A stretch of 64,000 bases of DNA from Lama glama (Eukaryota). Below are positions 54,108 to 64,000 of the stretch, piece after piece. The notes under the pieces are model-generated. The model made no database searches and had not been told where the DNA came from. It saw only the letters and a list, made by a program, of their open reading frames with translations. Positions within the stretch are counted from its first letter, which is position 1. Every line of letters begins with the position of its first letter. Both the position numbers and the translations under genes were made by a program. The stretch covers positions 71,736,001-71,800,000 of the forward strand of contig CM052817.1 in NCBI GenBank assembly GCA_028534125.1. Reading direction: 5' to 3'.

Positions 54108-55840
54108 ATGGTTAATGTGTTTCAAATGTCATATTTTAATTTTGTGAATCTATTGTTTCTCCTATTAAATATGTGGTGGCCTAATTCACAAGCACTATGA
54201 AGAAAGTCTTATCCATAGACACTGCTTTTGCTAAGTACTATGTTTATATGTCTTGCAAAGCTGTTAAATTGTTCCTCTTTGTTTATGAAGGAAGATACCA
54301 ATAGAGTAGTTAATGTACTCAGGGATTTCTTCTAAGTGTACTTCATAGGAAATTCTTTACAAACTGAAGAGAATTTAATAGCCATTTTAATGTCTTTAAA
54401 TATCATTCTTTGTATCTTAAATCTGTGAAAATAGAACAATTTGGTCTTAGCTTTACATTTTTAGTACCAAAGAAACACCACTTAATCTTCTCTCTTGATT
54501 GATTTTTAAAGTTTAAATACCAGTACTTGAGGGACCAATATTACCATCTTAATCTTTATTTTATTATTCAGAATTACAAAGATTTAATATCATTGAATTC
54601 ACATATATTTCACTCCTTTAAACCCTATCAAAGTAACCTAGGCTTAAATTTTACTCAAGGATTGCATGAATTAGCCAAAGAAATGCCTGACTGCTGCCTT
54701 TGTTCTTATAAAAACCAACAAAAGAATTCTCCTCTCCTTTTTAAAATAAATCTGAATGATTACCTTAAAAAAACCACATTGTTTCCCAGTGTCACTTTAC
54801 TCTCAAAAAATAATGACTGTAGCATTCTCCAAACAATTTAGCAGGAAGCAAATAAGATTCAAGAACCTAGCCTTTTTCATGGTTGGTACTCTGTCATGGT
54901 GCTCCATTCCCTACAAAGCTCCTTCAAATAAGCTATGAAATTAGGGAGAAGATAGTGCTTAACTCTGCTCCATGGATTTTAGAGGAAAAAGGCTAAATAA
55001 TTGGAAACTGGTCAGGAAAGGGAGAAAGCTGATTATTCCATAAAACTAAATGGAATTAGAATTTAGCTATGAACTAACAGAGACATCTAAATATGAAAAT
55101 GAGGAAACCTATGGATGTCGCCAACATGACTCTGCATATCTGAGGATATATCTTCTTATATATAACTTTTTGTATAAACCCTTAGATCCTAATCCATACA
55201 GAAAAGCACTGGTCAAATTTATATTCGTGACTTGATTAAAGACATCAATTCTGTAGAAGCTGGTGGCAAGAGTGTGTTTAATATGGCACTTGACGCCTAG
55301 TGGATCCACAATACGAGTCCAGTAGGAAGAAAAGATGATAAATGAAACTATGCTCCAATCCGCTGTCTCTAGAAAATCTAAAATAATTTGGGACTTTCAG
55401 AAGTATAAGATAATTTAAGATTGGTTTGAAAATAATTAAAGCACATGGGAACAATCAAAATCTTAGCTTTGACTTTACAAAAAATGTGCCCTAATCAAGG
55501 ACTCCAAAATTTTGTAAACTTTCCTAATGCTGTCTCTTAATCACTTCTCAATCCACATAGCCAAAAAGGCAAATTTAAATGTAGACTGAGGGGAAAAAAG
55601 ATTTTAAAAAGAAGAAATTTTCAGACGAAAGCTTCTGAAATGTTATTTTTGAATTACTTCAGAAGAAAATATACATTAACACCATAAATCATCAGGAAAA
55701 CCCATTATCCTCATGGGTTTTAACACCCTAACTTCAAATTAACCACAATCAAAACCAACACTTGAAGTCTATGTATTGTTTCTAGTGGACAAATAAGGAA
55801 GTGGGATGGCTTATCCTCCTGCGTTTTGTAATAAATAAAT
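54108..55840 (+). other. ENPEP: ENPEP 3' UTR (end uncertain). Candidate poly(A) signals ATTAAA 54164-54169, AATAAA 54745-54750, overlapping AATAAA 55830-55839
   Basis: AU-rich, TE-poor sequence after the stop codon with canonical hexamers; the site actually used cannot be read from DNA. Confidence 0.5.
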
Positions 55841-56559
55841 TCTTAAAAGAAAAATGTAAGTTTGAGGGGGATGGTAAATAAAACAGATTTCAACTTGCCT
55901 ACAAGTCACTCCATTTCATTCCATTTTAGCACTAAAACTGGGAATGAATGTGAAAAAGAGCTGTGCACACTTTGTTACAACTCCACTAGCCTATCAGGCC
56001 CTTTCAAACAGTATCTGGTGTTTAAAAGGCTGATGACCAATAGATAGATCTATGCCAAGAACAGTTTACTACTGTGCTTGCTTGGTTGTGTCATGATTTT
56101 TAAGGGAAAAAAATTCAGCATGCTGTCTCCAGAATTAAACCACAGTAAACCATCACCTTTAAAGAATTAACTGGAAGAAATGATCAGTAGAGTCACGTAG
56201 CAAGAAGCAGGGCCAGTAATAATTAATGCCTTCCCTCTAGGCAGTCTATTTCTGTATTCCAGATCATTGCTATGCATCTACATCAATATAAACTAGGAGT
56301 TTAAATAATAAACTATGAACATAAAAGTGACAGGCAGGGAAGTAGAGATACACAACCGGGTTGAAGGCAATGGTATTCCTACAGTTTACCATCCATGTTG
56401 GTGAAGTGTTAGTCCAAAAATAGATAAACATAAGGTGGAAACAAAAATCTAGAACAGTAATTCTCAGAGGGAGTTGAGAATAAACAAGGAGCACAAGGAA
56501 GGAGAGCAGGATTACCAATGGAGTTTTCTAAAACATTGCCAAACAATAATAATAGCAAC

Positions 56560-57010
56560 CCCCTTTTTATACCAAGCCCTGTACTAAACACAAGCACTCC
56601 ACATATATCAATTTCGGTACTTAAACTTTACAAAAACCCCATGAGGCAGGTACTGTTATTATCTCTATTTTACAGATGGAGAAACTGAGACAGAGAAGTC
56701 ACAGAACTTGCCAAAGCCATAAAAATAGCATCTGGCATAAGCCAGGACTTGAACCTAACCAGCTTGTCACCAGAACCTATGTTTTCAACTACTGTATTAG
56801 AGCAGAAATGTGTTTTAAAATTAAAGTGATCTGGGTTTGAATTTCAACTACTTGCCTTTAATCTCTCTATTGTTTAGTTTCCTCATCTATTAGATGGGGA
56901 TAAAAATAATCACTACCTTAATGGTTTGTTACGAGGATTAAATGCAAAAAATGAATGTAAAGGATGCATATATGAGAAATAAAAGTCACTCAATAAACAT
57001 TAGATGTTAT
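56560..57010. mobile_element. two adjacent MIRs in opposite orientation
   Basis: attttacagatggagaaactgagacagag (minus) and tagtttcctcatctattagatgggg...gaggattaaatg (plus). Confidence 0.7.
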
Positions 57011-57124
57011 TATTTTTACTATTATGATATCTCCTAGTAGCCACCAGTTTGGAGAATAAAATAAAGTTGGGTTCAGGAATAACCAAACTTAAGCTATTGA
57101 AACCACTAAGGACAGGCAATGTTT

Positions 57125-58172
57125 TAGACTATGTTATTGTTCATAAATAGTCACTGCCCCTTCCTGGAAAGAATTCCATTATCTCACCACACTGAAGTCT
57201 AGCATGAGTATGTGACTTGCTTTGGCTGGTGAAATATGAGTGAAAGTGATGTGTGTCAATTTCAGGCAGAAATGTGCAGAGTCAGCACATGGGTTGCAAT
57301 GTTCTCCATTTTTCTTTTGCCATTGGATCCAGCAATGTTCCAGATAGGGGCTGCTCTATTAGCCAGAATTCCAGAATGAAAACAACATGGAGGAGAATGT
57401 ATCCAGCATACACTGCACCTGCACTGTGAGTGAGAAATGTCCTTTGTTATTGCATCACTGAGATTTTGAGGCTGTCTGTTACTTCAGCATGATCTAGCCT
57501 AACCTGTGTAATATAAGCACCAAACTAACATGGTGCTCTACTGCAGTTATTTATTTCCAGTTCTTTCCCTTCCTTCTTTATCTATCAGGGGCCAGCGAAA
57601 TTCTCCCTGCTTATCTTTGTAAGACTTGCAGCTAAAAATACTTTTTATAATTTTAAATAGTTGGAAAAAAATCAAAAGAATAATAGTTCATGGCACGTGA
57701 AAATTACATGAAATCCGAAGTCAGTGTCTCCAATTAAAGAAAATTATATTGGAACAGCGACACTCACATTCATTTACACATTGATTATGGCTACTTTGAA
57801 GCTACAACAGCAGCACTGAGTGGTTGCAATAGAGGTCTTATGGCCCTCAAAGTCTGAAATATTTACCTTCTGGGTCCTTTACAGAAGTTTGCCAAACCTT
57901 GTTGGATCTCAACTTTACTCCTGCCCTCCTTTTGCATTCAATTTCTTTTCCCTTTTCCCTCCTTCTCCTGTACCCTAACTCAGGGTTTCTCAACCTCAGC
58001 ACTATTAACTTTTGGGGCCTGTTAATACTTTTTGTGGAGGGAGAGCCTGCACATGGTAGAATGTTCAGCAGTATCCCTGGCCTCTCTTCTCTAGTTGCCA
58101 GTGTACTTCCCCAACTGCAAATGTCTCCACACATGGCTGAATGTCCTCTAGGAGGACAGTTGAGAATCAATG
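57125..58172. mobile_element. cluster: MLT1G/H LTR (about 57125-57510), MER58B (about 57585-57898), MER20 (57981-58172)
   Basis: tgtgacttgctttggc...tgagtgaaagtgatgtgtgtca; gttggaaaaaaatcaaaagaataatag; cagggtttctcaacctcagcactatt...gttgagaatcaatg. Confidence 0.75.
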
Positions 58173-59469
58173 CCTCTCCTTAAATGTGAATAGATACTGC
58201 AGGCACTCTTCAGCCACCCTAAAAAATAGGTGAGGAGAATGCTGCTGACTTACAGCAATTCCGTTTGAAATTACAGAAATTGAAGGACCTTTGAGAAAGA
58301 AAAGAAGTTTGGGGAAAGGAGTAATAATGCAGAGAAGACTGGATAAGGTACTCATTCATGCATACATTTAAATAACTAATATTTACAAAGTATGTGTTTT
58401 TATGACAAACCTTGTTTAGGTATTGGTTGTCCTAGATTCAAGAATGGATTTAGAAGACAACTGGAAGAAAAATTGAGTCAAGGAGGTAATGGAGTAGCGT
58501 GAGACAAGTGGGGCAAGGAAAATGTGAGAAGGTAACTTCAGCAACTGACTATATTTTAAACCAAGAGCTCTTACATATTATTTGCCACTTAACATAAATG
58601 AAATGTTTATTGTCAAATGGTAACTTAGATTGTCTGATTTAAAGATGTGCTAGACACTGTTTATTGTCACTGGGCCACCATTTCTACCATCTTCTCTGTC
58701 CCAACCCTCTGATATTGCAGGGCTGGGATGCTAAAAAAAACTGCACTTCCTGGCGTCCACACCATTTAGGTTCTGCCAACGATATGCACTTCAAAAAGAT
58801 GTGCATTGGAAGGAAAAGAGAGAAGAGACTGTTCTTCCTTTTCAATGCAGAGGGAAGCAGCTTCTAGGGTAGATATGAGTTGGCAGCTTCTGAACTCCAC
58901 AACCCTGTTTTTACCATCTCTGTGGTGCACGGAAGCTCTCCTGTGACACTTACAGTTTCCTAACTTCTGGATGATATTAGCAGAGTCTGATCTTAAGATC
59001 AGAAAGGTGACGATATGCAACCTAAAACCAGAAGCCCTGCATTGACTCTCTAATTGCTATTCCTCCAGCCCTTCAAATGATATCTAAGTGCCTAATTCCC
59101 TGTGTTAAATCTTTTTCTACTTGAAATATCTACTGCATTTCCTGAACTGACCCCTGAATGATACAGAGTGACACTACTGATTTTGTTTTGACTTGTATTT
59201 CCATTTGCATTCCTTTCTGCCCATTGTCCTCATAAAAAAGCTCAAAGCTGGTCCTTTGCTTGGTACAGACTGACAGACTGGATTGGCCCTCAGAGAGTCC
59301 ACCCCAGCCCTCACAATTTTTAGAATATGGGAGAAATTATAATAAGCAAGCATTTAGAACAGATTATTCCCCATGGTAAATGGGAAAAAAAAGCTGGAGC
59401 AGTGTGTTTTCCTTTGTGTTGAAATATGTAGGCATATTAGAATGCACTATTGATAAACCATCCAAATTG

Positions 59470-60045
59470 ACTTCTCCAGTGCCTCAAATGTACAGTTAAC
59501 AAATGATTCAGCAATTCCACTCCTTGTAATACATCCAAGAGAAATGAAGATAAATTTCTACACAAAACTTACACATGAATGTTCATAGAATCATTATTCA
59601 TAACAACCAAAAAGTAGAAATAACCCAAATGTCCATGAACTGATGAATGGATAAACAAAAGGCTGTAAAACAGCACGATGGACTATTATTTGATCATAAA
59701 AAGGAATGATGTAATGATGTGTATTTTAACACAGAGGAAGCTTGAAAACATTATATTAAATGAAAGAAGTGAGTCACAAAAAGCCACACATTGTATAATT
59801 CTTTTTATATAAAATGTCCTGAATAGGCAAATCTATAGAGATAGGAAGTAAATAAGTGGTTGCCAGGGGCTTGGGAAGGGGGTATGAAAAGTGACTGTTA
59901 ATGATTTATTTTTGAAGTGATAAGAAAGTTCTAAAATTGGGTAATGGTGATGGTTGCACAACTCTGTGACTGTACTAAAACCCACTGAACTGCAATACTT
60001 TAAAATGGTGAAATTTATGGTGTGTGAACCATATCTCAATAAAGG
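59470..60045 (+). mobile_element. L1MB-type LINE-1 3' end
   Basis: cagcaattccactcct...aacccaaatgtccatgaactgatgaatggataaac...gatggttgcacaactctgtg...tatctcaataaa. Confidence 0.85.
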
Positions 60046-60654
60046 TATAAGTTGTCTTCCCTCTTTGGAGCCTCACTAAACTAAATCACTGTCTAGTACT
60101 GGTTCATGAGGAAGCCTGTGTTCTCTGCAATGACGGCGGCAATTTTCCTTCTGCCACAGTGCCAAGGACGTTTCTCTCCTTAAAATTGCTTCTATTTCGA
60201 GATTCAAGAATTTGCAGTACTAATTCCAAAAGATCCTTATATTTTCACTTACAGATGAAATTGGTTCTCAAAATGCATTTTTTTTTTTTGTCTTTAGGAC
60301 TCCATGTGATCTTGATAGAACTAAAAATCACAGTGCCATTTCCCCCACCTTCCACCCTTTTCACCATCGTGCCCCATCCCCATGATCACAGCTCAGGAGT
60401 GACCACTTGACCCAAGAAGAGTGAACTAATGTATTCTGGGATTATGACACATGGATATTAGAGAAAAGAAGTCCCTTCCTGCTAGAGGTGTAAGCTAGGA
60501 GATTCCTGGGGCTGTTCTTGGCCATTTTACTACAACAGGGAGAGAAGCCAAACAGGAATAAGTAGAGCAAAGAGAAGAAGGATACAGAATCCTAACTACA
60601 TTATTTGAGCCCCTGAATCTAGCTGCCTGTATATAGATATCTCCAAGATCTAAA

Positions 60655-60890
60655 TTCAATAAATTTAAAGGAATTGAAATCATATGAGGTGTGTTCTCCA
60701 ACCATAATAAAATTATGTTAGAAATAAAAAAAAAGGAAATTTGGGAAATTCATAGTTAGGTAGAAATTAAACAACATACTCTTACATAACCAATAGGTCA
60801 AAGGAGAAATCACAAGAAAAATTAGAAAATACCTTGAGACGAATGAAAGCAAAAATACAACACACTAAAACTTACGAGATACAGTAAAAA
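60655..60890 (+). mobile_element. isolated internal L1 ORF2 fragment within an MLT1-like LTR
   Basis: Similar to 62100-62335; no poly(A) tail. Confidence 0.75.
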
Positions 60891-61974
60891 AGAGCCTATA
60901 AATATTCTCTACATTTGACCTGGTTTATATTGAGTTTCTCTCACTTTCAATGAAAATAACCTCAGTACAGTGTTCCTTCACTTTCCCCCAGGAATAATTT
61001 TATAGCTAGCGGAGAATGTTACGAAAAATAAATTAAGACACAATAGAAAGGGTCAAAAAGTGCTACTGGATAGAAGAAAAGAAGGAAAAATTATGGAAGA
61101 AAGGAAACAAGGACAGAAGAAAGAAGGGAAATGGGAAGGAAGAAGGGAGGGGAGGAAAAAGGAAGGGAGCACTTTAGTTGAAAAGGAAGGGACAATAAGA
61201 AAATTGTCATAATTATTATCACATATCAGCATGTAAATGAAAGGAATTTTCTAATTTGTTTTCTAATATTCCCATGGGGGAAAACAGACAATTTGTTTTT
61301 CTTCATTTGAAAACTGAGAGATAGAAAATTAAATGATAGCCCTAGTAACTGAGAGCAATGTTATATTCATTATCATCAAAACAAAGGCAATCAACCACTG
61401 AACTTCCAAGATTGTGTGAAAAACAACTAAAAGAACCCTGTTTTCTCCCCCATCCCAGATAAACTGAGTCTAGACACTGAGGGAAGAAGCTAAACTACAC
61501 GAAGAAAAAAAATATTTTTTAATGAAACAGAATAAAGCACCTAGTCTAAAGTATATTAGTTTGTTAACTCAACCATATATCATATTATATTATGTATTTT
61601 AAAATGCCTAGGGAGAGTTTTAATTTTTATGACAGGTATCAATTTAATTAAGAAAAAATTTATAGTGTGTTACTTTTCTATAAGAAGCAAAAAGGCTGCC
61701 AACTCCAAAGCCTCATTCTGTACCCCTGAATGCTTGTATTTTTCTGTAATGATACATACTTATCTAATTATAATAATATGATCTTATAATCTAAGAAGGG
61801 GTAAGGTCCAGAGGCGGGGATGAAAGCAACACAGTTTCTAGGGAGCACTCATTATTCTTTCCTTATTTCCTATACACATAATTTACATAGTCAGCATTCC
61901 TCTCAAAGTGTTGCTCTTTTTATTTTTCTTAGTCTAATATTTCCTTTCCTATATCAAAAATGATCATTATTAAA

Positions 61975-64000
61975 AGAGAATGCTCCTAACAAATGTATAG
62001 AACACTACATCCAATAACAGTTTAAAACACATTTTTCTCAAATAAATAAGCAATGATTTTCCAGGACTGACCATGTGTTAAGACATAAAACAAGCCTCAG
62101 TAATTTTAAAGGAATTGAAATCATTCAAAGTTTGTTCTCCAACTACAGTGTGATTACATTAGAAATCAAAAACAAAAGGAAATTTGGGGAATTCATAAGA
62201 AAACAGAAATTAAACAACATATTCCTAAATAACCAATGAATCAAACGAGAAATCACAAGAGAAATTAGAAAACACCTTGAAATGAATGAAAGCAAGAACA
62301 CAACACACTAAAACTTATGAGAAGCAGCAAAAGTAGTTCTCAGAGGGAAATCCATAGGTATGAACATGTGTATTAAAAAGAAGAAAGCTGTCAAATCAAG
62401 CCTAAGTTTCCACTTTGAGAAACTAGAAAAAGAACTAAATGCAAAGCAACTAGAGGAAAGGAAATAGCAAAGGTTAGAGAAGAAATACATGAAAGAAAGT
62501 ATAGAAAAATAATAGAAGAAATCAATAAAACAAAACTTAGTTCTTTCAAGAGAACAACAAAATTAACAAACCTTTAGCTACACTGACCAAGAAAAAAGTG
62601 AGCAGACTTAAATAACTAAAATCAGGAATGAACGAGGGGGCATCACTACTACTCTTATAGAGATAAAAAAGAATTAAAGAGAACTCTATGCATAACCGTA
62701 TGTCAACAAATTAAATGAGTTAGATAAAATGAACAAATTCCAAGAAAAACACAAGCTATCAAACTGACTCAAGAAGAAACAGACAATCTGAATAGACCTA
62801 TAGCAAATAAAAAGGTTGATTTAATAATAAAAGAAAACTTCCCCAAAAGCCAAGCCCAGGAGCAGATGGCTCCTTAGTGAATTCTACCAAACATTTAAAG
62901 AAAAATAAGCAACAATCCTTCACAAACTTGCAAAAATAGAAGAGGAGGGAATACTTCTCAATTCATTCTGTGAGGTCATTAGTACTCAAATACCAAAACC
63001 AGGCAAAGATATCACAAGAAAAAAAATCCCCAAAAGTACAGGTCAACCTCCCTTTTGAACATATACACAAAGATCCCCAACAAAATACTAGCAAACCAAA
63101 TCTAGCAACAAAGAAAAATCATTAAACACCATGACCAGGTGCTAAGTGGAATTTATCTAAGAATGCAAGGATGTTTTGATATGTGGAAAATAAATCATTG
63201 TGACATACCATGTTGGCAGTATAAGGACAAAAACCACATGGTCATCCCTACACTGCAGAAGAAGCATTTGACAAAATCCAGCACCTTTTCATGATAAAAC
63301 ATTCAACAAGCTGAGTAAGAGAAGGGAACTTCCTCAACCTGATAAAGGGCACCTAGGAAACACCAGCAGCTAACATCACACGTATAGGTAAAAGACTGAA
63401 TGCCTTCCCCCTGAGATCAGCAACAGGACAAGAATGTTCTCATTTGCAACTTTACTTAACATTGAGGTGCAGCTTCTTGTAATGGTAACTGGGTAAGAAA
63501 AAGAAATAGAAGACAACCAGATTGGAAAAGGGAAAAAGTAAAATGATCTCCATTATCAAATGACATGACGTTGCATATAGAAAATCCTAAAGAATACACA
63601 CACTTGCGCGCACACACACACACACACACACAATTACCACTAAATGAGTTCAGCAAGGTTGTATGATACAAGGTCAATATACAAAAATTAATTGTACTTT
63701 TATATACTAGTAATGAAAAATAAGAAAGTAAAATTAAAAGAAGTCTAAAACTCATAGACCTAAAACTATAAAACATTGTTGGAAAAATTTAAAGATCTAA
63801 ATAGATGGACATCTCCAGTTCATAGACTGGAGGACTTAATATTGTGAAAATGGCAATACTCCTCAAACTGATCTATAGATTCAGCGTGATCCCTTTGAAA
63901 TTTCACCTTGCTTCTTTTGCAGAAATCGACAATCTGATTGTAAAATTCATACTGAAATGAAAGTAACACAGAATAACCAAAAGAATCTTCAAAATGAGAA
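61975..64000 (+). mobile_element. old L1M LINE-1 ORF2 (endonuclease end through RT), degenerate, runs off window; (CA)n at about 63596-63632
   Basis: gaaattaaacaac...agaaatcacaagagaaattagaaa; gtgaattctaccaaacatttaaag; gcagaagaagcatttgacaaaatccagcacc; atcaaatgacatgacgttgcatatagaaaatcctaaaga. Confidence 0.9.

Noticed and set aside
61065..61200. GA-rich polypurine tract with triplex potential
   Set aside because: Ordinary low-complexity sequence.
1..64000. Prokaryotic-type systems (CRISPR, operons), tRNA/rRNA/snRNA genes, or a nested second gene
   Set aside because: Mammalian intron-exon DNA; no such arrays or RNA genes recognised by eye, though small ncRNAs could be missed without an Rfam search.

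Overview
AT-rich, CpG-poor eutherian genomic DNA. The window holds the last 17 coding exons of ENPEP (glutamyl aminopeptidase / aminopeptidase A, M1 zinc metallopeptidase) on the + strand, numbered 4-20 by analogy to the 20-exon human gene. It starts in intron 3 and runs about 10 kb past the stop codon. Spliced by hand at GT-AG sites, the exons give an uninterrupted 1947-nt frame (648 aa + TGA at 54105-54107). The frame contains GAMEN, HELVH-x18-E and the catalytic Tyr. The rest is ancient mammalian repeats (MIR, L2, L1M, HAL1, MLT1, MER20/58/5/46/63/94, an ERVL pol relic) plus one younger artiodactyl-type L1 with a target-site duplication. No lineage SINEs were seen, which suggests a camelid. 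I see no new biological system. The most notable oddities are a 93-bp 88%-identical non-TE direct repeat flanking exon 6, a very weak exon-15 donor (AA|GTTATT), an apparently frameshifted C-terminus, same-orientation CTCF motifs, (CA)17/(GT)23 tracts flanking in-frame exon 18, and a possible local duplication of an L1 ORF2 piece. Repeat family names and boundaries are by eye and approximate.
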